From Bigelowiella natans CCMP2755 (taxonomy: Eukaryota > Protista > Cercozoa): a DNA stretch of 64,000 nucleotides. Made by a program: the position numbers and the translations under genes. Location of the stretch: contig ADNK01000966.1 in assembly GCA_000320545.1 (NCBI GenBank), positions 33,079 through 97,078 on the forward strand. The letters are read 5' to 3'. The notes under the pieces were generated by a model. It was not told the DNA's origin. It did not search any database and worked only from the letters and a program-made list of their open reading frames with translations. Below, one piece after another: positions 13,346 through 27,173 of this stretch (its first letter is position 1; each line of letters begins with the position of its first letter).

Positions 13346-14516
13346 CTACGCGTGCTCCAGCAGCAGTTGCTCGGAGCTCCTCCTTCCCCCTTTCGGTTGT
13401 GCTGTGTGGGTTGTTGATCCGGCTGGTAATTCAGACGACAGTCGTCGTCCTCCCCGTCATACTCTAGTTGGGATCTATCTACTGGGGAATACTTCTGCTT
13501 CTATCGGGTCAATTCGGGCCCAAATTCGACCTATTTCTCACAAATTAGTCATCATCTTTTGGAATTTCGCCGAAGGCAGCAGCCCGGTGGAAGTTCCATC
13601 GCTTCTTTTCCAAAAAAGCAGAGGAAATCCGGGTCGGCGGCTTGGAGCTGAGCAGCTGGTTTGAGAAAGATCAGTCCTTCTCGGCTTTTTGGTAGTCCTT
13701 CTCGGCTACATAGAGGCACATCATCATGACACTCACTGATTTCGTAGCATTTTAGGGTTCTCATTTTCAGACCCAGTTTTGAAACTAAAAGAAATCTTGG
13801 GCAGGGGATCCATACTGAAAAAACGTTGAAGAGGCATTATAATTAGTTTAATGCATGACAATTCTAATGATCTTTGTACGGTGAATCTCTTTTGAAGGAT
13901 GGGACTCGAGTTTTGTTTTGTTGTGCGTGAAATTAATTTTAAGTCGTAAGGGAGAAATATACTCTATTTTTGAGTTTGAGGGACCTTCCCGCTCCCACTT
14001 TTAGTGAAGGTCTCCCGTCTCCCACCAAAATTGTCGCGCGGTTCTTCTTTCTTCTCAGCATCTCTCCCCATCCATCCTCTGATCAAATCAACTCGACAAA
14101 GGACGTATTTCAATTATTTTTAACTTTAGGAAGGGATTGAGGGAGAAGGACGGGCGATTTTCGCTTTTGAGGCCTGAGTGCTTTGCTTACACTGCAAATC
14201 TTTCTGAAGAAGACCACGATTGCGTGATCCAAGAAAATTTGAGATTCTCCCCTTTTAGTTAAAGCTTCATCTGCCGCGCGACGAGTGCGAGGTAGTCTAT
14301 GAAAATAATTAGTTCCGTAGTGATAATAGGATCCATATTGTGACTAATTATGTGAAAATGAACGAAAGAGGTTATGGTTGAATGGTCTTCGGAAAGAAAT
14401 TCATCCTTAATATGCAAGTGTCTTCCCATTGCATTCTTCCTCCTCTATAGCCTAGCGAGACCCGTCTCCTTTTACTTACGACCTTTGTATCCCATCCTAC
14501 TTATTCAGAAGCTTGC

Positions 14517-16586
14517 ATGACCTCGGATAAGGTTGCAGACCGGGAAGTGGACATATCTCTTGTGGCAAATCGATTTGCTTGCGTCTACTATGAGGAACTC
14601 CATAAAGACCCGAAGAGAACTCATCAGTTTTACACGAGTGATTCAAGGTTCACAAGGAGGACTGAGAATGAGGATTTGAAGATCGCCAAGGGGCAGAAGG
14701 TGATGCATTTACAAACTAGAATTTGGAAGCATCGGTCTTCAGAGGCGTTTCTCATTTTTGTCTTGTTCGCACCAAAATCATAACATGGGAATCTGTTGTA
14801 GGAGATTTACAAGATCCTAGAGACTACCAGGTTTGTACACACATAAAAATCACGAAAACGATAATTGTGACGAAAACGATAATTGTGGTTTTTTTTAACC
14901 GAAATCACTTCGACGGCTTACATGAATCATTAAAAAAAATTCTCATTTATTTGGACGATTCTCTCAGTTACGACAAGATTCATGTCGACCATGTTGATTC
15001 TCAAGAGGCGCCTAACAATGGAGTGCTGATTATTGTGACCGGTACTTCCAATTGTTCAAGTTGTCTGAATTAATTACTGAGATCTGCTAATTTTTATGTG
15101 ACAGGTCAAATGAAACGGAGAGAATGCCCGTACATGGAGGATTTCGTACAGACATTCTTCCTCGGCTCTCAGGAAAGACTGAATGATGGTAAGACTGAAT
15201 GATGGCAGTGCCTTACATATGTACTTAAATACGTACTAGAGACACTTTAGTGGAGCTGCGGACGATTTAGTAAAGAGCAAAATGAGGAGAATTACTTTGA
15301 AGAACTCAGGGATGTTATGAATGGTATTTCAGGTAAACCAAGGTTCTATGTCTGCAACGATATGCTGCAATTTATCTCTCGCGAGAAGCACAGTGTGAAG
15401 AAACCTTCCCAGGAAGTCAAGGAGCTTGCCTCTGGCAAAACCAATGAAGCAACGCAAAAGAAGGCTAGCAGCGCCCCTGAAGTTGCTCCAAAGGCGGAAA
15501 ATACTGAACCCAAGAAGGAGCAGCAACAGCAAGCGCATCAGGTGGAGCTCGAATATAAGGTGAAAGCCGAGGTCGTAGCTAATGAAAAGAAGGGACCACA
15601 AGTGAAGCGCAGTGCAGTCAAGAACAAGAAAGGGAAGAAAGCAGCAAAAGGAGCATCTGAAGAAAATTCTGTGCCATCTGAGAGCACACCCGAAGTGAAC
15701 AAGAGTACTGAAACTTCCACCGTGAAGAAGAATGCTCAGAAAGTTCAGAATATCACTTCCAACGGCCATGCAGAGGAATCTGGAACTGAAGTTGGTGCAG
15801 GGGAATCAAAGGCAGCAAACGAGGTTTCAGCACCAGGCAAAGGAGCTGGCTGGAAAACTTGGGCTGAACGTTTTAAATCTGCCGTGCCTCAGATTGAACC
15901 ATCTGCTGCTGCTCTCCAGGATGGGCAAACGAAAGCGAGTGCCTCGGAAAAAACAACAAAAACTTCAGACAAACAGAACAACGAAGCAAGAAAACTTGAA
16001 GAAAGCGGTGTGAGTCCAGCGGAGGGACAATCTGGGCCTTCGATCGCAACAAGAGGTAGAGGCAAAAAAGGTGGCCGTGGCGGGAAATCAGGGCGCTATA
16101 TTTACAACGATCCCGAGCAGATTGCTAAGACTTTGTACGTCAACAATCTTCCTTCGTGCGACAAAGCTGATATTGAGGCGAAATTCGGCGAGTTTGGAAA
16201 AATCGTGAGCATTGAGCGTCCTCATCTTGTTTACTGCTTCGTGCACTACCAGGAGAGAGAAGCTGTGGAGGCTGCTCTCAAGGCACGGCCTATCAAACTC
16301 GGCGGAGAGGAACTCAAAGTGGATAAGAGGAGACCAAGTAACAGAAATAAGGGGCCTGACGCAAGCCGATCCCGTGGTGGCAGAGCAAGAGGCGGGAGGT
16401 ATCGTCATGCTGGAAGGGGTGGCGACCCAAAGGTCCGATAAGAAATATTTTGCACCTGATTCAAATATCACTAAAAAGCAGATTATTTTTCAAAATCTGA
16501 AGTACTTAAATCTGTTGTTGTTGTAGCGCTCGGACTCTGGCGTAAAGCGTGGGGGCAAAGGAAGGGGTGGGAGAGCTCATATGTGA
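14517..16586 (+). CDS. G3BP/Rasputin-like stress-granule protein (NTF2-like domain, acidic/low-complexity linker, RRM, RGG tail)
   Basis: NTF2-like VANRFACVYYEELHKDP...HQFYTSDS, HVDSQ...GVLIIVTG, FVQTFFL, FYVCNDML; RRM LYVNNLP...YCFVHY; RGG boxes. A 29-nt exon lies at 14802-14830. A last exon after an intron near 16433-16526 adds RSDSGVKRGGKGRGGRAHM*. Probable 5'-UTR intron at about 14292-14450. Confidence 0.9.
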
Positions 16587-16739
16587 TGCAGTATAAAATC
16601 TTCAAATAATTATTCGTTCCGACAGGAAGAATTATACAGTGAATAGATAGACAAGTATGTACGAGATTCTAGAACGACATGTTTCATGGTCATGACAATT
16701 ACTTGCCAGTTGACCTGCACTTGTTTCCGATAGTTAATT

Positions 16740-17360
16740 ACTAAACACGTAGCGTGCAAAACGTGTGGATCTATTTTTAATTGTTTGTTGCCAGTGACGT
16801 GCAGAAACATGTGCACGTGATGCGCGCGCGCGATGTTGTTGCAGTCATTGAAAACTTCCGCCTCGGCACGCTAGCATGCAGAGACAAATTTGGGAAAAAG
16901 AATTGTGTGAAAATTCCGTCTGGCTAGCTGGAATCGAACCCGCAAACCCGCCACATGCGCGCGGTTTGAACTAGCTGTGTAATTGGCATGTCTGTTATTT
17001 TGGACGCGATACGACGAGCATCTAGGCGTGCTAGCGTGCGGTATCGCAGCGCAATTAATGTTGGGATGTAATGCATCCAACGTGCGATACGTTGCATGCA
17101 AGTGTTGGCGCTGGTGCGCGGCTCGATGCAGACGACAACGCAATGTTGTGAATAATTGCCTCGACATGTCAACCATGTGCATTGTATGCGAGACGCATGA
17201 CTTTGAATTGCATGGATGTCATCATTCATCCACGCACCTGGTTGCATGCCTAGAGTCATCGATCCATCTAAAATTCATGTCGTCCATTGCACGTACAGCT
17301 GCTTCGATCATTCTTTATTTGCTAAACAATTTGTTGTTTGACTGTGCATAGTGCATTTCA
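16740..17360. other. CTAG/CATG/TGCA-rich island between convergent G3BP-like and PDZ-ankyrin genes
   Basis: e.g. acatgtgcacgtgatgcgcgcgcgcg, gctagcatgcag, gttgcatgcctag. Confidence 0.6.
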
Positions 17361-17400
17361 CATTTCACAATTTACTCCCGCTCAATAAAATATAGGTTCG

Positions 17401-18729
17401 TTATCTAGTGCCTCCACGTTTCCTAGCGTACCTAAAAACAAACATTAAGATATCTTTCAGGAGATGGCGGTAAAGAGGACATTCACAGCGACTTAGTCGT
17501 GTAATATTCAACACTCCAGAATCTTACTGCGAAACAATAGCAACTTACTTTGCGACATCATTATAGCTAAACTTCATGGCGTAGAACAAACCTAAAACAT
17601 TTTATTTTAAATCTACAATGCAGAACGAATTTCTGTAAACTGTAGTCCTGATGTAATTGTCTACGCACCACTGTTCGCGTGCTGATTGCGATGGTTGATA
17701 TTGGCACCTAATATCCGATATTCCACATTGTTGATTATAAGGTTTAATTCTTTTCTCTCTTATCTATCCAAATGCAGATCGAAGCGTTTCATTTAGTCTT
17801 TGAGTGGATTTTCGTTGAAGTTGTAACATGCGCAATGCCAACACATAAAGATATCGTGTTGTGTGTGTATATGTGTGTGTTCGAATTCTCAGCATTCGCA
17901 CCAGCTTCCACTAGGGCCTCCGCAACCTATTGGCATTTAGAATTGACGGTTAAATAAAATGTCATCTCCCATGGTTGGGTGGGAGAACCCCAAGATGATC
18001 TCTCAACTACCTTCTTGTGTCCATTTTGGCACGCGAGAATGAATGCACTGTTTCCAGTCGCATCTTCAGAGTCTACATCCACCTTCATTAGGAAAGCAAA
18101 CATCCCATTAGATTAAAACAGAAAATCATTTGCGGCGAAACAAGGTCAACCGTGCCACTCTTCAGAATCTTCCTGATCTCCTTGATTCTTCCATGCCTGT
18201 AACAACAACAACAACCACAACAGACGAACCCTTCATGCTACCAGTAGAAATAGGAAAACGGATACAACAACAACAACAACAACAACAAAGAAGCTACCGT
18301 GCATATGAGAGAAACTGTTCAATTTGAGACTCGTCCTCATGCAGCGGTTGCACTTTCCGCACTTTGTTGATTTTGGATTTACGCTTCGTAGAGCTTCGAC
18401 TCGACTGCGCAGAACAACGACACCAACATCACAACATGAACACCATCATCATCAACAACAACAACAGCGACAGAAGAGCGAGACTATTTCATATTCCTTC
18501 GCCTAGTGCCATCATCCGCGCGGAACCACATGATCATTGTCACCATAACTCGCAATGCGTCATCAAAGCATCTGCCATCAGGCCTGCTAGAGATTAGCTA
18601 CCAATGAGTAGACTATGACCTTCTTCTCCCCTCTCCTCCTACTTGCTGCCAGAACCTTCCTTCGGAAGCTCTGATGGGGGTACGCATGGATGGTGATAAG
18701 AGATATTGCTTTGTGATACTCATTTACAA

Positions 18730-18767
<38 letters not shown>

Positions 18768-20481
18768 AATGGTGATCATTCGATTAAAGACCCTCGCAGT
18801 AGCCTGGGAGGGGTAAGCAGGCCCGAGGTCATCTGAGTCGTCATTGTTGTTATCACGGCTCTGGTGATTTCTCTTTACTTCACTTTTCGGGCTCTTGGTT
18901 AAAGGTCTCCGGAAACGATTGCTGCTTCTCCCTACTACGGCGTGCCTGCTGCTGCTGCTGCTCTCCCTTCCCGAGGCCGGTTTCTGAATTATTTCAAACA
19001 AACTGTTACAACAAGACAACCTGTTCGCCGTGCTTGGATTGTAGGAAAATGATTCCTCTCTCCTTCTTCTTCTTCTCCTTCTTCTTCTTCTTTTTCGAAC
19101 GCCACCTACCTGCTGCATCCTTAGTAGCTTGCTGTTCCGTTTCTCCAGTCTTCTCTTGGGGGTGACCTGTTTCTTTGTTTTTCTCTTGGGGGTGAACTGC
19201 TTCTTCTTCTTCTTCTGCAGTGTCGGAGAGTCTTTACGTGGCGGAGACCGCATCTTGGGGCCGCTTGGACGAGGCTCTGAGGGGGGGACCGGGACGATCG
19301 TGGGCTTCTCTACCCCCCCTTGATTTGTCAAGTTTTCTTCTTGTTGGACAGGGAGAGGAGCTGGGCTACTACTGGCTCTTGGAGTCAAGAATGAGTTCAG
19401 CACCTGCTTTATATTTCACGAATCAGGCCTTCTTGGAACGGATTGTTCGTAGAACACGACATCTTGGGGAATCGACGACCTTCCATGTTCTCCCAAAGAA
19501 GCTATTCGTTTGGGCATCTTCATCCTCCTCCTTCACCCTATCAGGTGGGGAGGAGAACGGTATTGGCGTCCCCCCCCCAACCACTACGGTAGCCTGTACA
19601 TTCTTGTCCGCAGCACCAGATGAAGGTGGCCTGATATTAACCCCTTTTAAGTTATTCTCAGGAGGATGAAGACAAGTGTTGGTCTTTGGGGAAGGATGAG
19701 AACGTTATCATCACGTACTGTAATGCAGAGGTAGTGGACTCCGAAGGGCCTCCTGAGCATTCATACAACAACTAGCAATGAGTCGTGCGCATATGCCAAC
19801 GAACGCTCCGCCCCACCATTTCAGCAAATTTACTTTTCATACGCCAAGGCGTACTGCTGAATTAACTAGAATTTCACATCCGGGGTTGGTTGTAATTTAT
19901 AACACATTGCCAACGCGTCCCCGCACAATTCCCAAATATGAAAATCCAATCACAAATGCAGCTCGACGATGTTGTCGCTAATGGAAAGTTCTTCTGATTT
20001 GTACCACCTGGGAGAGCAGCTTTTGGATCACCTATCGTACTCACTCTCTGCCAGGATATCATCACAGCATTATTTCGCAATACTAGTCTTCATTCACTCT
20101 GGTTGACAAAGATCGCAATTTTTCATGGTTGGAACCCCCCCCCCCCTCTCTCTTTCGAATTATAGCAGTAACATTCAGAAAGGAAAACAATTACCATTAC
20201 AGACTCAGTCTGCCAGCTATTTCGATCGTGGCGACGATTCTGATCTCTACGACCATTCTCATTACCGGATGCTACCTGTGCAGATATGAAGAGAATTTGA
20301 TACACTATTAGCAGCAGTGATGCGTGTGACAGGTGTCGTTGTCTTCCAAGGAGACCTCGAAGGTCATTTGAAACGTCGGCCCTGCCTTCCTAGCCTTCGT
20401 CAGGAGAGTTCGCAGCGACTTGGAGTCAGTGACGGCCTTCGTTGGAAAGCGCGGTTAATTGAATGGCCAAGCAAGAATGAT

Positions 20482-20512
<31 letters not shown>

Positions 20513-21088
20513 TTTTCATGAACGGTGCAACATCTCTGTGAGTAGTCTGATGCGGTCTCTTCTTCTTCATCATCATCTTCTTCTTCTTCTTCCTCCTCCT
20601 CCTCCTCCTTCCTACTACCGTGTCGTTAATGCTCAAGAACCTCCATCCTATTTGAGCGCCACTCTTGTAGGCCTGGGGGATAGATATATGCAGAAAAGCA
20701 ACAAGGAGCAGCGATGATTTCATACGAAACCCGAATCTTCTGGGCAAGAGGACACCATAGAATTCTCTTTCTTACCATTCCGTTCCTGGAAAGCTTTGTG
20801 ATGACAAGACTCTTATGATTGACTCCTAATGGGCTGCAATTCACAGTAAAATGTCATTTCCTTCATTAGAAGCGACGTACATGACAGTCAAATGGTTGGG
20901 TCACCACCCTTGAGAATCCATGACGATCGTCTTCTCTTCCTGATTAAAACATCGAGTCGAATGACGACGGGAATTGGTGGACGTTTGTGCTATGATATCT
21001 GCAGGCGCTGTCGCTGTCAGTTCTATTACCTTTACTTTTTGAGCCTCCCTACTCTCGTCCTTGTTGCCTTTACTGAAATAGTCAACAC

Positions 21089-21120
<32 letters not shown>

Positions 21121-21263
21121 CCATCATCATCGGCCTTCTCCGAGGAAAAAGGTCGGAACCTTCCCCATTGTACTCGAAGAAGATGGTGCAACAACCATTA
21201 CCTATCATCATCGTCACCATCTTCTTGATCATCGTCTTTGACGATCTGCCCTCCGTCCTCCAT
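17401..21263 (-). CDS. PDZ-domain and C-terminal ankyrin-repeat protein with a basic, Pro-rich low-complexity middle; 5' end uncertain
   Basis: Spliced PDZ: PLGVNHKSLVITKLSRNGM|AYKSGAQIGWRFLSINDT|AVTDSKSLRTLL (about 20360-20840). Ankyrin repeats: FLSYAR|HGRIKEIRKILKSGT|VDVDSEDATGNSAFILACQNGHKK|VAEALVEA..GANINHRN (about 17400-18330). Stop at 17401-17403. Confidence 0.7.
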
Positions 21264-21689
21264 GATAACCCCGAAAACCTGTTCGGATGACGGAGGCACC
21301 AAAAACAATGCCGCATGAGACGGAGAATCTTGGCACTCTGAACTGGGCACATATACCGGCATGCGAAGCTGGTTTGCCGCCTAAGTTTGCAAACACAGCA
21401 CAGCACAGCACACGCACGGGGGTCAAGGGAACGATCGGAAGAGCTATACTCGCGTATCAGAGGACGTTCAAATGTGCACAACATATTCGGAGGGGCTTCT
21501 CTTTAACGATGCCGTCGAGTGGTTGGTTCAGCACAGCATGAACCGACGAATTAAAATGCTGTTCTGCACACGGTAGCCTGTAGTCTCGTAGATCAATGCA
21601 ACTGCTGCTGCTGCTTGCTAAAGCTGCTGCCATGCAGAACAGTGTACTACCTGATCCGAGCGCTCCAGTCGCAACATGTGTTTCGTGAG

Positions 21690-22384
21690 AGAGATGCCGG
21701 AATATAGCTCATAGTCTGCAGGCGCTGTCAATAGGCGATCCGCAACAAACAATCACTGAGTTAGCGAACGCGCACCAAACACCCGAAGCCGTCCACGTGT
21801 TGATCACGAATGCTCTCCAGGGAACACTCTCCCCATCCACACTTTCTCTCTGCTGCTGCCCCTGCCAGCTACCACCTCTACTATTACTACCACTACTATT
21901 ACTACAACAACAACAACAACAACAACTACTGCTACTACTAGTGCTACTGCTACTGCTAACAGGTTCAACAGCTTTGCACGCGTGAATTATGTCAACAACA
22001 AAGCAGACTACTGCGCACTTCGTGAGGTAGCGAAACCCTTTGATAACTGGCCTGATAAAATACATCGAGTGATCAGGTTGGTTGCCGCTAGCAGTTTGAG
22101 TTCTTGCCTCGAAGTGAATTACCGTCAATGTACACGTGGAAGAATGCGCCATTGCCATTCATACGTATACCTGCAAAAGGTACATAGTTCCGGTCACGGC
22201 TTCACCTTCAACAGCTGCGCTGGAGGCTTGATTAAGACACAATGGCTCTTTACCGATTCTATGGGTGTTCTTGAATGAGCAGCCGAAGGCAGCACGAGTT
22301 TCCTGCACCAGCGTCTTTCCAGGCTTCCAAAATCAGAATATATCGTTATTTGATGATCGCATTAGGGCACTTAGTAATGCATGA
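21690..22384 (+). CDS. Possible small spliced hypothetical gene
   Basis: Intron-like low-complexity tract ending in branch point/acceptor ctaacag (about 21955-21962), flanked by coding-like segments. No complete model. Confidence 0.25.
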
Positions 22385-22643
22385 GGAGGAGGAGGTGGAG
22401 AAAGAGTATCAATGATGTTCGCCGCGGGAGCGACATCTAGACGTGCTGCCAGGAGGCACATCGTTGTCATTTCTCAGCAGTCCTGCTACCTAGAAGATTG
22501 CTACTGCGCTCTACTGTTTGTGTGTAGCATGACGTATGGGGTTGGGTTTGATGCGTGCTAAGCCGTACGGAAGGAACACCAGCACCAAGCGCTACTGAAG
22601 CTATGGCGGAAATGAAAAAGCATCCATTGATTCGGGGGTTTTC

Positions 22644-24134
22644 TCACGGCACGGTGAAGGGCCCCGTCTTCACCGTGACGCGACCGTGACCCGATGGTGT
22701 TTTTAAACTACGATCGTGATTCTGTACCGCGCCCCCATACATACCTTGTGAACATGAGGCGAATAGTACGAGAGATGTGCTGCGGGCAGCACTTTGAGGG
22801 TGGGGTCGTAGGAAGCCCAGAAGGCCTGAGCACAGCAGCAAACGGTGTGATTGCGTGTTCTTCTCGGAGAAACGGGTGGTGTCATGTGGCCAGTCGAAAT
22901 CAACCTTTCTTTTGGAGCTTTGGTACGTATCACGGGCATCATGCTGCTGCTGCTGCTGCTGCTGCTGCCGATGATGATGATGATGATGAATATCTCTAGT
23001 AGTAGGTTGCACGATGCCGATGTGCTCTATTGCCGTGTCCTTTAGCTCAACATGAACGGTGCTTTCGTTCGGAGCAATATCTTGGTTTCGTGGCCCATAC
23101 TTAGCCTCCCCTACTACCAGAACGAAACGCCATGCATCCTTAGGTCAGCGGTGGTGTTCCATGTGCGAAGAGATCTTAAGTCAATACTACCGTGCTTTCC
23201 GTCCAGTCCGTGTGCACCTTCGTCGTCGTCCACCGCATGTCTCTACACATACGTGGGTTGGTAGCAGGAGGAAGAATAGTAATGATGGCAGTTCAAGGAA
23301 TGGAAGAGTTTAAAAAAAAAATCGTTTCAGCGATGTTGAAATCGTTTATCGAAATGGCAGAGACACCCTTCATTAAAATTACTGTTGGCCGCTCTGCACA
23401 TATTCTCCCGCCCCTTCTCCCCCTCTTTTCATAGGCGGTAACGATTTCTTATAGTTTATATATAATATGTTCTCTGCACATCATTACGGTAATGTTCAAC
23501 TGACATGAAGCTGCTTATGGACGACGTATGTTTGATTGGCATCTGGTGTTCCCCATGCTACTATTCTAGCTGATGGGGATTTCAGATGCAGGCCTTGATT
23601 ATTTGCAGCTCTACTGGAGATTTCGTCGTCCTCCTCCCCCTCATCATCATTATCATCATCGTTCAGTCCTTCTACTTCAGCATAAACGGATGCAGCAGTG
23701 ATAGTATTTGATTGAGCGAGAGAGGTCACAGTAGTAGTCTCTATAGGATGCACCGCCACGACCTGATATCAATGATATTTGTGTGTGTGTGTGTGTGTGT
23801 GTGTTTATGTAGTGTTGCTACTTTTCCACATGTGCAAGCATAGTTGCGGATTACTTGTTGGAGATGGGCAGCATCATCCTCATCTTCATCATCGTCGGAC
23901 GATGTGATTTGAATTGTCGTGGCCACTACATTACCAGCCCCCCCATCGCCAGCCGCCTCCATATCTTCAGATTCATCCTCAGTGGCAGATGCAGTACTGC
24001 TGTCGCTAGAAATAGCTGCTCTTACGTCATTGTACTTCTGAGAATCATCTGCGCGTGTTTCTTTAGCTTCAATGTCAACCCTCGATATTTGTTGCACTTG
24101 ATATAGTTGGCTCGCTTGTGCATCGACCCGTGCG

Positions 24135-24168
<34 letters not shown>

Positions 24169-26578
24169 TTGCTTGTACAGCCATAGCAGCTTGGTTAAGT
24201 TCTTCCTCCAGAGAAAGTCCCAGGCCGTTTACTCTCGCGCCCTCCACTGGCCTCCCCCCCCCCTCTTTCCGGTCCTTCTCCATCGTTGATTCGTCCCCGT
24301 TGCCTCCTTCCACGCCTTCTCCTCTATGGCCAGTGTGAACTGCAGCAGCAGCGATCATGTTAACTTCTGTGGATGATGGAGAAAGTGCCTCTCTATCCTG
24401 AACTTCTCTGCTGTCGTGTGTACTCGTGGCTCTGCTTCCATTGTCTTCGGTTGTTGCCACTATCTCTTCGGGCTGCGCGGAGCCATCATTTCTTGCTTCG
24501 GACTTGGTTTTTGAGGGGGATATCGCTCCTTGAGAAGTTGCTCCCGCATTCTTCGTCTCCACCCCTGTTTCATTCTCCTCCTCCTCCTCCTCCTCCCCCT
24601 CCTCCTCCTCCTCCCTGCGATCAACATTTTCCTTACAAGCCTTAGCCTCAGGAGGACCTACTGTATCTTTCGAGGGTAGTTGTGACTCTGGTTCATTTGT
24701 GTTTGGGGTTTCTGTAGTCGCCGCCTCTGCACGGCTGTCACCCTAGATTGTGGCAGGATTATTTTGCTCGTGTGTGGTATGTGATGGTGGATGCTCGCAA
24801 GAAACGTGGAAATTCAACATTTATATATTGATACATATCTATATATATATTTAAATATATGTAAAACCTTCTCGGCTGGGATGATTTCTTGCGCCAAGCG
24901 AATTTTCCCCGTTTCTTCCTGAATATCGTCACAAGGGATTGCAATTGTTCATTTCATCACGATTTACCCTCATAGCATAGCAAAAACCTTGCTCCTTGTT
25001 AAAACAGTCTGCAGTTCTTGCTCAGTATCTCGCAGCGCCTTCTCGATGTTCATTCGGCTTGACTAATGATGCAGGATAGTTCTTAAGTCACACTGGCATG
25101 AACATATCGCATCATCAAAATATTCTGGAACACCTCATTGTATCGAAGATTCTTAGAAAGTTCCATATTTTTCTCTGTAGCCTCAGCAGCTGTTTGATTG
25201 GCAGCGCTAAGTCTGGCCTCAAGCTTCTCTGCCAATTTCCGCAACTTGGTAATTTCAACGTCCTTTTCTCCAACGAGGGATGCCTGAGTATTAGAGGGAA
25301 TCAAATAAAAGGAGCCAAAATGTAGTGGCTGTAGATTGTGCACAAACATGATCACCAACAACATCATCACCATCATCATCATCGTCGTCGTCTTCGTCGT
25401 TGTCACATACATTTTGTTCAAGCTTGTGAACGAGGTCTTTTTTGCAGTCTTGTTCGATCTCAAGCTGCTTCATTCGCGATTCCAAAATTTGGTTCCGCTG
25501 CATAAGCTCCCCAATTATTTCGTGTGCCTCATCCTTTGCGACACGACAAATATCGACGGATAGTACGCAAATCATCCAGGTTCAACGAAGCATTCTTTAT
25601 TATTCTACTACCGTGTCATCAGCGCGGAGAATCTTAGGAGAAAATCCCATCCCGTGATCATCCTTGTCTTCATCTTTGGAATCAGTGTCGGAAGATATTG
25701 TATCCTTTCGAGCATTTCCACCGATCTCATCATTGGCATTGTTATCTGCTTCCAATGAAAATCGATCTATCCGAGGTGATGGAAGAAAGTCGTCTCTTCG
25801 AGGCGATTGCTCTGGCGATAATGGCAGCTCTCGCGAATGCTGAGAATCTATTCGCGGGACGAGTGCATTTGTATCCTAAAAAATACCAGCATCCAAAGTA
25901 TCAACTAAAGCAGCCGATTTGCACTGTTTGTGGTTTGGTGGGGAACCGAGGAAAGGCGCCTTTCGCGAGGTTGAAATTCATTCTCTGACACCGATTCTGC
26001 GAATATGAACCCAATTTATTTTAATTTTAGAAAATCAAACAGTCCTCAAAATTTCCCAACAACCTCTTCGAACTCGCTTGGTCTCAATAGTCTCACTAGT
26101 CTCTGAAGGCCTACAGGCAGAAACCGGTCTCAGGAAACATAATCTTTGATTGGTTTTTGTAGCTGCCTCTTGGGATGTGTTGGATCATTTTCAAGTGTGT
26201 TTCTCCTTACCGGTTGCCGCCACTGTTACTATCTTCGGATTCTTCATCGTCGTATTCGCTATCATCTCTCAGACTCTCTGCAAAAGCCTCGAAATTTTTC
26301 CGAAAGTCCTCGAAATTCACTCGGCCTTCGCCACTGCTATCGAGCGTCTGAACCACCTAAGAATAATCGAGGCTCGGACAGATCTCAGCAAACAATAAAA
26401 AGTTGCTTACTCGATCTAGCTGTACAAGACTCGCCCCGTGAATATGTTGACTGAGGTCTTGCGCGGTGAAGAAGCCTTGCCCTTTACTGTCCAGGGATGA
26501 AAATATTGCGGTGATTTTTTCGATATGATCAAGTTCCGATTGGGCGGGATCCGTCGAGACTTCGCCCCTAGATTCCAT
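22644..26578 (-). CDS. Large multi-exon protein with N-terminal EF-hand-like motif, coiled coils and acidic low-complexity region; 3' end approximate
   Basis: MESRGEV...ITAIFSSLDSKGQGFFTAQDL is EF-hand-like. Coiled-coil exons EIIGELMQRNQILESRMKQLE and EITKLRKLAEKLEARLSAAN. Acidic exon at 23741-24562. Confidence 0.6.
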
Positions 26579-27173
26579 TGTGGACCCGTCCGTCACTACC
26601 GGTGCAGAGGGCCCCTCTGCTCAGACACCCCCTCTACCCTGTTACAGCTTTAGGAAAGCTCAGCGTTCTCATTCAGGGAGGTCACCCGATGACGCCGGTT
26701 ACCAGATCAGTCGGTCCGATATTGCCGGGATTCGAGTTTAAAACTACCGGGATTCCCTTGCGGTGCAGAATTGCAGACTCGTTGTCGCTCCACATTGTTC
26801 ATCGGGCATCCCCCTCCCGAAATTTAAAACCACAAAAAAATTAATTATGCGCGAAGTTGGTTTTTGGTTAGCAGCTCATTTTTGGTCACAGTCAGGGGAC
26901 AGAGAGAGAAATAGAGAAGATAAAGGAAGGCAAAGAGACCATCTGCGGTTTAGTACTGGGTAAAAACACCTAAAAAGGACAGGAGGTAATATTTTACAGA
27001 CGACATGGAGAGAAAGACGAAGAGACACCCATCTCAGGCGCAAGCATAGTAACAAGGAGGGAAAGGATGGAATGAAAACACAGTTTTTTTCCTGACTTGG
27101 ACTTGTGAACCTGAGAGAGTCTGGCTTTCCTTAGAGCGATTCAGCCACCTTTCTTCTCAATCGCAAACCAATT

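Noticed and set aside
16915-16985. tRNA-like B-box words on the minus strand (gggttcgattcc; gctagttcaaacc, resembling a Sec anticodon loop), with a similar gctagttcgaacc at 29341
   Set aside because: No acceptor, D or anticodon stems could be paired into a cloverleaf; at most a degenerate Pol III or SINE remnant. tRNAscan-SE/Infernal would settle it.
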